Positions 1 to 10,381 of a stretch of 64,000 nucleotides of DNA are shown here, piece by piece. The position numbers were made by a program, and so were the translations under genes. Position 1 is the stretch's first letter, and every line of letters starts with the position of its first letter. The stretch is from Burkholderiales bacterium (GTDB lineage Bacteria; Pseudomonadota; Gammaproteobacteria; Burkholderiales; SG8-39), in NCBI GenBank assembly GCA_046347635.1, contig JAXMFT010000004.1, positions 153,958 to 217,957 on the forward strand, written 5' to 3'. The notes under the pieces are model-generated. The model saw nothing but the letters and a program-made list of their open reading frames with translations. It was not told the DNA's origin and did no database searches.

Positions 1-452
1 TCCCCATCCTGCAGAAGCAGTTTCCCGAGATCGTCGACTTCTATCTCCCGCCGGAGGGTTGCTCCTACCGGCTCGCGGTCGTGAGCATGAGGAAGCAGTA
101 CCCCGGGCACGCGAAGCGGGTCATGTTCGGGATCTGGAGCTACCTCCGCCAGTTCATCTACACGAAGCTGATCGTGGTGACCGACGACGACGTGGACGTG
201 CGCGACTGGAAGGAGGTGATCTGGGCGCTCACCACGCGCGTGGACGCGGCGCGCGACCTGACGGTGGTGGAGAACACCCCGATCGACTACCTCGACTTCG
301 CGAGCCCGGTGTCGGGCCTCGGCTCGAAGCTCGGGATCGACGCGACCGCCAAGTGGCCGGGCGAGACCGCGCGCGCGTGGGGCCGTCCGATCGCGATGGA
401 CGAGGCGACGCGCCGGCGCGTCGACGCGCTCTGGGACGCGCTCGGGCTGTAG
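1..452 (+). CDS. ubiD: UbiD-family (4-hydroxy-3-polyprenylbenzoate) decarboxylase, C-terminal fragment; the 5' end lies outside the window (codon frame starts at nt 3)
   Basis: The translation ...[55 protein letters not shown]...[10 protein letters not shown] matches the conserved UbiD C-terminus. The open frame runs from the window edge. Confidence 0.85.
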   Translation, partial: PILQKQFPEIVDFYLPPEGCSYRLAVVSMRKQYPGHAKRVMFGIWSYLRQFIYTKLIVVTDDDVDVRDWKEVIWALTTRVDAARDLTVVENTPIDYLDFASPVSGLGSKLGIDATAKWPGETARAWGRPIAMDEATRRRVDALWDALGL

Positions 453-476
453 CGCCGGGCACCGGCAAAGAAAAAA

Positions 477-497
477 GCCGGGCAGCGCCCGGCTTCT
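477..497 (+). terminator. Rho-independent terminator after ubiD
   Basis: GCCGGGC-AGC-GCCCGGC hairpin followed by TTCT, 25 nt after the ubiD stop and preceded by an A-run. Confidence 0.6.
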
Positions 498-950
498 GAA
501 CGTCAGAGGAAAATCCTGACGAAGCGGTCTAGGACCGCACGATCCCGCTGTCCGGGGCGAGCGCGCATCCGGCTCGCCCCGATCCGTTCCGTTCCCCCGC
601 GCTCGCGGCCTGCGCTCGTCCTCGGCAACGCGACCTCGGGTGTCAGCGCATCCATTCTAGAAACGACTTTAAGTGTGGCGCTGAACTTTCCGCGCACTCT
701 AGGAATTCATCCGTTGGAAAGTCAAGTGGGAAGACCCTTTCACGCAACTTTTTGTTGCGTCATTACAACGAATAACATTCGAAATCTGAGTTACCTAACA
801 AAGTAAGAGCGTTAAATATATGAATATAAAGATTTAGTGCGATCTCTACACCAAAGACGAACGAACGTCGTGCGAGGCGGAGCCGCTTGAATCCCGGTCG
901 GTGACCCGCATATCGGGACCGTGCGAGCGGGCGTTCACGGAGGCGCAGCC

Positions 951-1304
951 ATGTCCGAGACGGTGCTGACCGAAGACGCGGAGAAAAGACTGCGCGACCT
1001 CGCGCTGCTCGTGTACGTCCTGCAGGCGGCCGGATTCCTGGTCGGGCTGACCTGGGTGGTCGGCGTCGTCATCGACTACCTCAAGATCGGCGAGGTGCGC
1101 AACACCTGGCTGGAGACGCACTTCAACTGGCAGTTGCGGACGTTCTGGCTCGGTCTGGCCGGCATGGCGCTCGCGTGGGCGCTCATGATCGTGAAGGTCG
1201 GCGCGCTGATCGGGATCGCGGTGACGGTGTGGGCGATCTACCGCGTCGTGCGCGGCTGGCTCGCGCTCGTCGATCGCAAACCGATGTACCCGGCGCTCGT
1301 GTGA
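951..1304 (+). CDS. Small integral membrane protein (DUF4870/COG3671-like; family assignment tentative), paralog 1
   Basis: ATG at 951 is preceded by GGAGG. Hydrophobic segments and the motif THFNWQLRTFW...RGWLALVDRKPMY are shared with the next gene. Confidence 0.7.
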   Translation: MSETVLTEDAEKRLRDLALLVYVLQAAGFLVGLTWVVGVVIDYLKIGEVRNTWLETHFNWQLRTFWLGLAGMALAWALMIVKVGALIGIAVTVWAIYRVVRGWLALVDRKPMYPALV

Positions 1305-1326
1305 GCGCCATCCGAGGGAGGAAGCC

Positions 1327-1731
1327 ATGGCGGTTCTCGAGCAGCGCAGCGGCGCCGATCCGGTGCCGTCGGCCGTCACCATCGCGCACGTCGTCTACGC
1401 GCTGCACGCGTTCGCGATCGTCGCGGGCATCGCCGGCACGGCCACCATCGTCGGCAGCTTCATCGGCAGCGTGCCGTCGATCGTCGCGGTCATCCTCAAC
1501 TACGCCAAGCGCGGCGATGCGCGCGGGACGTGGATCGACTCGCACTACCGCTGGCAGATCCGCACCTTCTGGTTCGCGCTCGCCTGGTTCCTGGTCGGAT
1601 GGTTCTTCATCCTCACCCTGGTCGGCGTGGTCGTCGGCGGGCCGATCCTGATCGCGCTGACGGTCTGGCTCGTCTACCGCATCGCGCGCGGCTGGCTGCG
1701 CCTCAACGACCGCCGGCCGATGTACGTCTGA
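1327..1731 (+). CDS. Small integral membrane protein, paralog 2 of 951..1304
   Basis: SD GAGGGAGGAA lies before the ATG. The motif SHYRWQIRTFW...RGWLRLNDRRPMY parallels the upstream gene. Confidence 0.75.
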   Translation: MAVLEQRSGADPVPSAVTIAHVVYALHAFAIVAGIAGTATIVGSFIGSVPSIVAVILNYAKRGDARGTWIDSHYRWQIRTFWFALAWFLVGWFFILTLVGVVVGGPILIALTVWLVYRIARGWLRLNDRRPMYV

Positions 1732-1903
1732 TCGAGGGTTGTCGGGTGAGACGCGGTGCGGAATAGCTCCGGTCGGGGCGCGCCGCCGCCTTGACCCGGG
1801 GCGCCGGGCCGGTAGCATCCGGTCCAAGAACGCCAATACATCGGTCCGCCGGTCCCGGCGGACGCAAGACACGAGGCACGGAGGAGAACGGGAGCACCGG
1901 CGC

Positions 1904-2605
1904 ATGACCGGAGGCCACAGGCTGTCGTCGCACGTCCGCGCGCTCGTCGCGGCGGCGGCGCTCGCCTGCGCCGCGCCCCTCGCGCACGCGAACGTCTACG
2001 CGTTGGTGGAAGAAGACGGGACGGTGCGGTTCTCGAACACTCCCGACGATCCGCGCTACCAGCTCTTCCGGCGCGAACCCGCAGGGTACGAGCTCAGGGA
2101 CCCCGCGGACGTGCGCGGGGTGCGCAACCCCGGCGACATGCGCCTGCGGGCGGCGTGGGGCCGCGCGGACCCGAAGTCGCGCCTCTTCGCCAACCCGCTG
2201 CTCGCCGACCGGCCCTACCAGGGCGAGATCGTCCAGGCGGCGAAGGCCCACCAGGTCGATCCCGCGCTCGTGCACGCGGTGATCGCGGTCGAGTCGAACT
2301 ACAACCCGCATGCGCGCAGCGACAAGGGCGCGGTGGGCCTGATGCAGGTGATGCCCGACACCGGGCGCCGCTACGGCGTACAGGAGAAGGAGCTGCGGCA
2401 TCCTGCGACGAACATCCGCGCGGGGGTCCAGTACCTCGCGGAGCTGATCGACCTCTTCGACGGCGACCTCAAGCTCGCGCTCGCGGGCTACAACGCGGGC
2501 GAGAACGCGGTGCTGCGGCACGGCCGCAGGATTCCGCCCTTCGCGGAGACGCAGGCCTACGTGCCGCGCGTCCTGCGCTTCTACGACGCGCTGCGCGTCC
2601 GCTAG
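1904..2605 (+). CDS. Lytic transglycosylase (SLT domain), secreted
   Basis: Signal peptide ALVAAAALACAAPLAHA. SLT catalytic block AVIAVESNYNPHARSDKGAVGLMQVMPDTG and AGYNAGENAV. Start chosen at ATG 1904; the ORF is open from 1739. Confidence 0.85.
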   Translation: MTGGHRLSSHVRALVAAAALACAAPLAHANVYALVEEDGTVRFSNTPDDPRYQLFRREPAGYELRDPADVRGVRNPGDMRLRAAWGRADPKSRLFANPLLADRPYQGEIVQAAKAHQVDPALVHAVIAVESNYNPHARSDKGAVGLMQVMPDTGRRYGVQEKELRHPATNIRAGVQYLAELIDLFDGDLKLALAGYNAGENAVLRHGRRIPPFAETQAYVPRVLRFYDALRVR

Positions 2606-4050
2606 CGTCCCGACTCGTACGTCCAGCGCAGGACCGCGTCCTGCGCCGCCTGGCCGGCGCCCGCATTCGCGTGGTTCACGATGAAGACGAGCGCGTGGCG
2701 GCGGGCGTTGCGGTCGAGCACGTAGCCGGCGATCGCGCGCACGTCGGAGAGCGACCCGGTCTTCACGTGCGCCTGGCCCGCGACGCTCTCGAACTTCATG
2801 CGCTTGCGCAGCGTGCCGTCGTAGGCGACCAGCGGGAGCGACGCGACGAACTCCGGCATGACGCTCGAGCGGTACGCCGCCACGAGCAGCCGCGCCAGGC
2901 TCCCGGCGCTGATGCGCCCGGCGCGCGAGAGCCCGGACCCGTTCTCGATCACGAGCTCCGGCATCTCCAGGCCGCGTCCGGCGAGCCAGGACTGGACCAC
3001 GCGCGCGGAGCGGTCGTACCGGCCGGGCAGCTTCAGCGTCTCGGCCGACAGGGTGAGGAACACCTGCCGCGCCATGACGTTGTTGCTGAACTTGTTCATG
3101 TCGCGCACCACCTCGGCCGCGCTCGGCGACTCGTGCACGGCGAACGGCCGCGCGCCGGCCGGGGCGGCGCCGTCGCGCACGCGCCCCTGCAGCACGCCGC
3201 CCGACTCCTCCCAGAGCTGGCGGAAGACGCCGTACACGAAGTCGCGGTGCGAGAAGAGCGCGACGTTCCACACCCGCTCGCCGCAGCTCGCCGGCATCGC
3301 GCCCGAGAAGCTCGCCCGGACGCCGGCGCCGTTCTTCGGCTGGAGGTCGAGCTTGAGCGCCGCGCGCCAGTCCCCGCACGCGCCCTCCACCGCGCGCACG
3401 CCGTTGGCGACCTCGAGCTGGGCGACGCGCGGCTCGGGCGCGATCGTGACCGCCTTCGTCGCCGCGTCGGGGACGAACTGGAAGCGCACCGTCTTGTAGT
3501 TCACCAGCAGCGCGTCGGCGCCCACGTTGTACGGGCGCAGCGGCTCGCCGTCGAAGCGCGCCGGGTCGTGGTCGTTCGGCTCGAAGTACGCGCGGTCGAG
3601 CACGAGGTCGCCGCGGATCTCGCGCAGGCCGCGCGCGCGCAGGCCGCGCACCAGCAGCCAGAAGTGCTCGATCGTGAGCCGCGGGTCGCCGCCGCCCCTG
3701 AGCACGAGATCGCCGTCGAGCACGTCGCCCGCGAGCGCGCCCGCGAGGTAGGCCTCGGTGCGCCAGGTGAAGGTCGGGCCGAGCAGCTCCAGCGCCGCGA
3801 AGCTCGTCACCAGCTTCATGACCGAGGCGGGGTTGAGCGGCTGGGCGCCGTTGAAGCTCAGCGCCGGTTTCGCGGCATCGACGTCCTGGACGACGAGCGC
3901 GACCGCCGACTGCGGGATGCCCGCGCGCGCGAGCGCGGCGGCGATCGCAGGCGGGAGGACTTCGGCGGCGCGGCCCGCCTGCGCCGTCAGGGCCGCGGCG
4001 GCGAGGGCGAGCTGCGCGCAGGCACGCGCGCACCGGGCGATGCGGAGCAC
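2602..4050 (-). CDS. dacB: D-alanyl-D-alanine carboxypeptidase/endopeptidase, PBP4 family
   Basis: The SVMKLVTSFAALELLGP (SxxK) block, GSGLSR and KTGSL motifs are typical of PBP4. Start set at GTG 4050, giving signal peptide MLRIARCARACAQLALAAAALTAQA. The ORF continues upstream into the next gene, so the start is uncertain. Confidence 0.85.
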   Translation of the reverse strand: MLRIARCARACAQLALAAAALTAQAGRAAEVLPPAIAAALARAGIPQSAVALVVQDVDAAKPALSFNGAQPLNPASVMKLVTSFAALELLGPTFTWRTEAYLAGALAGDVLDGDLVLRGGGDPRLTIEHFWLLVRGLRARGLREIRGDLVLDRAYFEPNDHDPARFDGEPLRPYNVGADALLVNYKTVRFQFVPDAATKAVTIAPEPRVAQLEVANGVRAVEGACGDWRAALKLDLQPKNGAGVRASFSGAMPASCGERVWNVALFSHRDFVYGVFRQLWEESGGVLQGRVRDGAAPAGARPFAVHESPSAAEVVRDMNKFSNNVMARQVFLTLSAETLKLPGRYDRSARVVQSWLAGRGLEMPELVIENGSGLSRAGRISAGSLARLLVAAYRSSVMPEFVASLPLVAYDGTLRKRMKFESVAGQAHVKTGSLSDVRAIAGYVLDRNARRHALVFIVNHANAGAGQAAQDAVLRWTYESGR

Positions 4051-4085
4051 GCGAGCGAGTATGCCACGCAGCCGCGCGGCGGCCG

Positions 4086-5051
4086 TCAGCCGAACCCGCG
4101 GCGCGGGTTGAAGCGCGACGCGCGCGAGAGCTGGAGGTAGAGCTGGCGCTCGATGTCCGTGGGAACGTCCGGCGTCACGATGCGCAGGCACGCGAGGAGG
4201 TCGCCGCGCGCCGCGTCGGGGGTCGGCAGGCCGCGTCCCTTCAGCCGGTAGGTCTGGCCGGAGGTCGCCCCGGCGGGCACGTGCACGCGGAAGGGTTTCT
4301 CCAGGGTCGGCACCTCGAGCACCGCGCCGAGCACGGCCTCCCACGGCGCGATCGGCAGGTAGAGCCAGATGTCGTGCGCGTGGATGCGCCGGAAGAGGCG
4401 GTGCTGGCGGTAAGCGAACTCGACCAGCAGGTCCCCGGCGGGCGCGCCCGGCGCGCCCGCCCCGCCCATGCCCTTCAGCCGCAGCCGCTGCCCTTCCACC
4501 GCGCCCTTCGGCACGTGCACCTCCACCGCCCGCTCTGCCACGCGCTTGCCGTTGCGCTCGGGCAACGCGAAGGTCAGCAGCACGTTCCCGCCGCGCACCG
4601 CTTCCTCGAACGTGATCTCAGCGATCACCTCGTGGGTCTCGCCAGGCAGCGTCGGCCTGTCCTCGGCTGCGCGCTCGCGCGCGAAGCGCTGAAAGAGGCC
4701 GCGCAGGCGCGTTTGCGTGCCGTCGGGCGCCTCGGCCTGCGCAGGCTCGGGCTCGGGGCGCGCCGGGCCGCCGGCCGGCGCGGCGAACTCCCGCGCCGGG
4801 GGGGCGTTGTTGAACTCCTGCTCGGCGAGCTCCAGCGCGCGCTCCATCTCCTCCAGCTCGTACCGGACGCGCTGGTCCGGGTCGCGCAGGGTCTGGTAGG
4901 CGCGCGTGATCTCCTTGAACCGCTCCTCGGAGCCGGCGTCGGCGGCGACGTCCGGGTGCAGCCGCTGCGCGAGCCGGCGGTAGGCCGCCTTGATCTCGTC
5001 CGCGGTGGCGGTGCGCTGGACGCCGAGGAGGGCGTAGAAATCGGTGTGCAT
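4086..5051 (-). CDS. cbpA: CbpA-type DnaJ-class co-chaperone (J domain plus two C-terminal beta domains, no zinc finger), paralog 1
   Basis: MHTDFYALLGV...AYRRLAQRLHPDV J domain. C-terminal substrate-binding repeats (GDLLVEF..., PIAPWEAVLGAVLEVPTL). Confidence 0.85.
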   Translation of the reverse strand: MHTDFYALLGVQRTATADEIKAAYRRLAQRLHPDVAADAGSEERFKEITRAYQTLRDPDQRVRYELEEMERALELAEQEFNNAPPAREFAAPAGGPARPEPEPAQAEAPDGTQTRLRGLFQRFARERAAEDRPTLPGETHEVIAEITFEEAVRGGNVLLTFALPERNGKRVAERAVEVHVPKGAVEGQRLRLKGMGGAGAPGAPAGDLLVEFAYRQHRLFRRIHAHDIWLYLPIAPWEAVLGAVLEVPTLEKPFRVHVPAGATSGQTYRLKGRGLPTPDAARGDLLACLRIVTPDVPTDIERQLYLQLSRASRFNPRRGFG

Positions 5052-5282
5052 GCGATCGCGCCCCGTCCGGCAGAATCGGGGCAACGCACAATGTTCGTCG
5101 CCGGCCGGCTCCCGGGCAAGCGACGATCTGTGCGATTCGTCACAAGAGTGCCATCGTGTGACGGATTCCACGGACGGGCCCCGCGGGCGGACCGGGCTGC
5201 GCCAGGCCGTACAATGGCGCCGCACAGGGGACCCCTTCCCGCCACGCCGGGGAGCCGAGGTGCCCGAGCGCAGTGCAGAGCC

Positions 5283-6533
5283 GTGAAACGTCCCCAGCCC
5301 GCCGTCCTCGTCCCGATCATCCTGCTCGCCGCGGTCGCGGCGTTCTTCGTCGTGCGCGGGCTGGCCGGACCCAAGGTCCGGGCGGTCGAAGCGGTGCGGG
5401 GCGACCTCGTCCAGACGGTGATCTCGACCGGGCGCGTGATCACGCCCGCGCGCGTGGAAATCGGCAGCGTCGTGCTCGGCACCGTGCGCACGGTCGAGAC
5501 CAAGGAGGGCACGGTCGTGAAGGCGGGCCAGGTCATGGCGCGGCTGCGCGACGAGGAGCAGCGCGCCGCGGTCGAGCAGGCGCGCGCGACGCTCGCGGAA
5601 GCCGAGGCGCGCCTCACCCAGCTCGCGCGCCTCTCTGCGCCGGCATCCGAGCAGACCCTGCGCCAGGCCGACGCGAACCTCGGGCTCGCCGACGAGGAGT
5701 ACAAGCGCACGCGCAACCTCTACGAGAAGGGGTTCTTCAGCCAGGCGAAGCTCGAACAGGCGGAGCGCGACCTCGCGGTTGCGCGGGCGGCGCGCGAGAA
5801 CGCGCTGCTGCAGGCGACCTCGAACAGCCCGAAGGGCAGCGACTATGCGCTCGCCCTCGCGCGTCGCGACCAGGCCCGGGCGGGGCGCGAAGCTGCGCAG
5901 GCGCGCCTGGACCACACCGTCATCAGGGCCCCGGCGCCCGGCACGGTGCTGAGGCGGCTCGTCGAGCCCGGCGACGTCGTCCAGCAGGGCAAGAAGCTCT
6001 TCGAGCTGTCGGTCGCGGGCGACACCCAGGTCGTGCTGAACGTCGACGAGAAGAACATCGGGCTCCTCGCCCTCGGGCAGAGGGCCGCGGTCATGGCCGA
6101 TGCCTACCCCGGCCGCAGCTTCGGCGCCGAGATCTTCTATATCGCGCCGGGCGTGGATGCGCAGCGCGGAACGGTCGAGGTGAAGCTGCGCGTGCCCGAG
6201 CCGCCCGCGTTCGCGCGCCCGGACATGACGGTCTCGGCGGAGATCGTCGCCGCGCGCCGCGAGGGCACGCTGACGCTCGACAGCGAGGCGCTGCGCGACG
6301 CCGCCGGGCCGGCCCCCTGGGTGATGGTCGTGCGCGCGGGGCGCGCGCAGCGCCAGGGCGTCCAGCTCGGCATTCGCGGCGCCGGGCGCACCGAGGTGGT
6401 CGCCGGACTCGCCGCGGGGGAGGCGGTCGTCCCGCCGTCCGAAGCCGCGGTGCGGGAGGGCAGCCGCGTCCGCGCGGACGTGGCGCCCGCCGCGAAGAAG
6501 CCCGTCACGCGTCCGCCGGACCTCTTCCGGTAG
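5283..6533 (+). CDS. HlyD/MacA-family periplasmic adaptor (membrane fusion protein)
   Basis: N-terminal TM segment, coiled-coil region ([21 protein letters not shown]...) and a beta-barrel segment ([20 protein letters not shown]). GTG start at 5283. Immediately precedes the ABC permease and ATPase. Confidence 0.85.
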   Translation: MKRPQPAVLVPIILLAAVAAFFVVRGLAGPKVRAVEAVRGDLVQTVISTGRVITPARVEIGSVVLGTVRTVETKEGTVVKAGQVMARLRDEEQRAAVEQARATLAEAEARLTQLARLSAPASEQTLRQADANLGLADEEYKRTRNLYEKGFFSQAKLEQAERDLAVARAARENALLQATSNSPKGSDYALALARRDQARAGREAAQARLDHTVIRAPAPGTVLRRLVEPGDVVQQGKKLFELSVAGDTQVVLNVDEKNIGLLALGQRAAVMADAYPGRSFGAEIFYIAPGVDAQRGTVEVKLRVPEPPAFARPDMTVSAEIVAARREGTLTLDSEALRDAAGPAPWVMVVRAGRAQRQGVQLGIRGAGRTEVVAGLAAGEAVVPPSEAAVREGSRVRADVAPAAKKPVTRPPDLFR

Positions 6534-6538
6534 CGCGC

Positions 6539-7752
6539 ATGCCGTTCGCGCTGATCGTGGCGTTGCGCTTCCTGCGCGAGGGCCGCATGCAGACGGTGCT
6601 CATCCTGGGCGGCGTGGCGATCGGGGTGGCGGTGGTGGTGTTCATCACCGGGCTCGTGCAGGGGCTGCAGGCGAGCCTCATCGAGCGCACGCTCGGGAGT
6701 CAGGCGCACATCGTCATCCGCCCGCCCGAGGAGCGGACCCAGCCCGTCCTCGACCGCGCCGCGTCCGACGTGGCGGCCCGCGTCGAGGCGCGTCCCCAGC
6801 GGCTGCGCTCGATCGACCAGTGGGAATCGCTGCTGCCGGCGGTGGTGAGCGCCCCGGGCGTGGTGGCGGCCTCGCCGATGGCGACCGGCGCGGCGTTCGC
6901 GCAGCGCGGCACGGCGTCGAAGGCGATCGCCCTGCGCGGCGTCGACCCCGACCGGTACCGGCGGATCGTGCGCGTCCACGAGGACATGGTGGCGGGCGAG
7001 TTCCGGCTGTCCGGGACCGACGGCGTGGTCGGCGTCGAGCTCGCCCGCGACCTCGGCGTCGTGGTCGGCGACCGCATCCGCGTCGGCACGCCCGAGGGGC
7101 GCGAGGAGGTGATCACGATCGCCGGCATCTTCGACCTCGGCAACAAGGATCTCAACCAGCGCTGGGTGTTCGTCACGCTCAAGCTCGCGCAGACGCTGCT
7201 CGACCTGCCGGGCGGGGTGTCCACCATCGAGCTCACCGTGCGCGACATCTTCGGCGCCGAGCCGGTCGCCGCGCGCATCGAGCGCGAGACGGGGCTCCTC
7301 GCCGAGAGCTGGATGAAGACCAACGCGCAGCTCCTCGTGGCGATGCGCAACCAGGACATCAGCACCACCACGGTGCGCGTGTTCGTGACGCTGGTCGTCG
7401 CGCTCGGCATCGCGAGCGTGCTCGTGGTCTGGGTGGTGCAGAAGCAGAAGGAGATCGGGATCCTGCGCGCGATGGGCGCCAGCCGGCTGCGGATCATGGC
7501 CGTCTTCCTCCTCCAGGGCAGCATGCTCTCGCTCGGCGGGTCGATGGCCGGGACCGTGGTCGCCGTCGTGCTGGTGCGGATCTTCGCCCGGGTGTTCGTG
7601 AACGCCGACGGCACCCCGATGTTCGTGCCCGACGTCGGGTGGACGCTCGTGCTCACCACCTGGGCCATCGCGCTGCTGACCGGGATCCTCGCCGCGTCGC
7701 TGCCGGCGCGGCGCGCCGCGCAGCTCGACCCGGTCATCGCGATTCGCCTGGG

Positions 7753-7756
<4 letters not shown>
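6539..7756 (+). CDS. ABC transporter permease, FtsX/MacB-LolCE type
   Basis: [19 protein letters not shown]..., a large periplasmic loop, then FtsX-like TM helices ([12 protein letters not shown]). Confidence 0.9.
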
Positions 7757-8463
<707 letters not shown>

Positions 8464-8483
8464 CGGAACGCGGCAGGGCGGCC

Positions 8484-9440
8484 TCAGCCGAGATGGCCGC
8501 GCGGATCGAACCGCGAGACGCGGGCGAGCTCCTGGTAGAGCTGCCGCTCGCGCTCGGTGAGCACCGACGGGGTCACGATCTGCAGCACGCAGTAGAGGTC
8601 GCCATGCCCGTCCCGGGGCGTGGGCAGGCCCTTGCCCGCGAGGCGGAGCTTCTGGCCGGCGCGCGCGCCCGGCCGCACCGCGACCTTCACGCGGCCGTCC
8701 AGGGTCGGCACCTCGACCTCCGTGCCGAGCGCCGCCTCCCAGGGGGCGAGCGGCAGATCGAGGTAGAGGTCGTGGTCCGTCACCTTGTAGAGCGGGTGCG
8801 GGCGCAGCGCGACGTTGAGGTAGAGGTCGCCCGCCGGACCGCCGCCCGCGCCCGGCCCGCCCTTGCCGGCGACCCGCAGGCGCTGGCCGTCGGTCGCCCC
8901 GCGCGGCACGCGCACGCGCACCGTCTTCTGGGTGCGACGGACCGAGCCGTCCGCGGCGATCTCCGGCACGGAGAGGTCGAGGGACATCTCGGCACCGCGA
9001 TAGAGCTCCTCGAGCGAGAGTTGCGCCGTGACCTCGTAGTCCTGGCCCGGGAGCGCGAACCCGCCTTCGCCCGATCCGGCACGCCGGGTGCGCGCCCCGC
9101 GCGCCTGGAAGACGCCGCCGCCGAAGTGCTCGAAGAGGTCGGCGAGGTCGAGGTCCTCGAAGCTTCCCTGCTCGAACCGGAAGTGCCGCTCCCAGCCCGG
9201 CGGCGGGCGGAAGTCCTCGCCCGGCCGGTGCTGGCCGAGCTGGTCGTACGCCGCGCGCTTCTCCGGGTCGCTCAGCGTGTCGTAGGCGACCTGCACGTCC
9301 TTGAACTTCTCCTCGGCGTCCTTCTCCTTCGAGACGTCCGGGTGGTACTTGCGCGCGAGCTTGCGGTACGCCTTCTTGATCTCGTCCGCAGGGGCGTCGC
9401 GCGCGACGCCGAGGGTGGCGTAATAGTCCTGGTATTTCAC
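8484..9440 (-). CDS. cbpA: CbpA-type DnaJ-class co-chaperone, paralog 2
   Basis: (V)[11 protein letters not shown]...[14 protein letters not shown] domain. The C-terminal domain is colinear with 4086..5051. GTG 9440 is preferred over the upstream TTG 9476. Confidence 0.85.
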   Translation of the reverse strand: MKYQDYYATLGVARDAPADEIKKAYRKLARKYHPDVSKEKDAEEKFKDVQVAYDTLSDPEKRAAYDQLGQHRPGEDFRPPPGWERHFRFEQGSFEDLDLADLFEHFGGGVFQARGARTRRAGSGEGGFALPGQDYEVTAQLSLEELYRGAEMSLDLSVPEIAADGSVRRTQKTVRVRVPRGATDGQRLRVAGKGGPGAGGGPAGDLYLNVALRPHPLYKVTDHDLYLDLPLAPWEAALGTEVEVPTLDGRVKVAVRPGARAGQKLRLAGKGLPTPRDGHGDLYCVLQIVTPSVLTERERQLYQELARVSRFDPRGHLG

Positions 9441-9523
9441 CGTGGAGTCCCGTCGGGCCGCGCCCGCGGCCGCCAATCGGGGAGATGGGGGCGCGGCGGG
9501 GCGCCGTCAAGGCGCCGGAAACG

Positions 9524-9549
9524 GGAAGGCCGCCCGCAGGCGGCCTTCC
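9524..9549 (-). terminator. Hairpin terminator after the CpxP-like gene
   Basis: GGAAGGCCGCC-CGCA-GGCGGCCTTCC (11-bp stem) 20 nt past the stop. The U tract is weak. Confidence 0.5.
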
Positions 9550-9568
9550 GCGTTGCGGCAGGGCGCGA

Positions 9569-10114
9569 TCAGGAACCGGCGGCCGGGGTCCCGCGCCGCA
9601 CGAACCGCGGGAACCCGATCAGCCCATCGGCCGTGGCGCGCTGCTCGGGCGTGAGCACCGCGTAGAGCCCGCTGCGCGCCGCGTCCACCGCCTTGATCGA
9701 CTCGGCGTGCGCGGCGAAGTGCTGATCGCGGAGCGCGCGGCGGGCGGCCGGATCGGCCGCCGCCATCTGCTCGTGGAACTGCGCGCGCTGGTCGGCGCGC
9801 GCCTTCACCGCGGCGGCGTACGCATTCCAGGCGCTCTCCTGCTCGGCGGTGATCTTGAGCGCGCCCTTCGCGCCGTCGAGGCGGGCTGCGGTCGCCGCAG
9901 GGTCCATCATGCCGCCGCCCATGCGGCCGTCCCGCCCCATGCCGCCCATCATCGGCCCGCGCCCGGCGCCCGGCCCGCCCGTCATGGCGCAGGGCTCGGC
10001 GCCGGGGCCGTGACCCGCGGCCGGGCCGGGCGCGCCGGGACCCGCCGCGAGCGCCGAACCGGCCGCGGTGGCGACCGCGAGGGCGACCAGGAGATTGCTT
10101 GCAGCTACGTTCAT
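9569..10114 (-). CDS. Periplasmic Spy/CpxP-family (LTxxQ) protein with Gly/Met-rich region
   Basis: Signal peptide MNVAASNLLVALAVATAAGSALAA, GPMMGGMGRDGRMGGGMM tract, LKITAEQ and LTPEQ motifs. SD GGAGGAAG before the ATG. Confidence 0.7.
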   Translation of the reverse strand: MNVAASNLLVALAVATAAGSALAAGPGAPGPAAGHGPGAEPCAMTGGPGAGRGPMMGGMGRDGRMGGGMMDPAATAARLDGAKGALKITAEQESAWNAYAAAVKARADQRAQFHEQMAAADPAARRALRDQHFAAHAESIKAVDAARSGLYAVLTPEQRATADGLIGFPRFVRRGTPAAGS

Positions 10115-10278
10115 GACTTCCTCCGTCTTGGGTTGAACTGTGTCCGGCTCGATTAGAGCGCCTTGCGCGGCGCGAGCGCGAGCGATCTGTAACCGGGCGT
10201 TACGTGCGGCCGCGCGCTTACAAATCGAGAGCACTGCGCGAGCACTGCGGCCGCTGCGTTGCCCGACTCGCCCGGCGC

Positions 10279-10292
10279 TTGACATTGATCAA
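10279..10292 (+). promoter_or_regulatory. FNR/Anr-type box candidate (TTGAC-ATTG-ATCAA)
   Basis: 13/14 match to TTGAT-N4-ATCAA. The centre lies about 96 nt upstream of the NarI-like start codon. Confidence 0.4.
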
Positions 10293-10381
10293 CACGTCGT
10301 GACGGCGCGCGGCCAGCATGAATCGATTCCCGGGCGCGGCGGCCCGTCGCGCCAGGGCGACCATCGGCAGGAGGCGCTGGC

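Noticed and set aside
503-697. 64-aa ORF on the minus strand in the ubiD spacer, and the 5-codon ORF at 821..838.
   Set aside because: There is no RBS, the composition is junk-like, and there is no family signal. They are too short to support as genes.
1703-4033. Very long Arg/Ala/Pro/Gly-rich ORFs on the opposite strand or in alternate frames of real genes. Examples: 1703..4033 (-), 6700..9510 (-), 27858..30548 (-), 52372..55608 (-), 13208..14905 (-), 49162..50670 (-).
   Set aside because: They are typical shadow ORFs of a 70% GC genome, where stop codons are rare. Their translations are low-complexity and R/A/P/G-rich. Each overlaps a gene with strong conserved motifs in another frame.
5140-5170. 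CGTCACA-N12-TGTGACG inverted repeat in the cbpA/hlyD divergent region as a CRP/Vfr site.
   Set aside because: The half-sites are in the wrong orientation and spacing for TGTGA-N6-TCACA.
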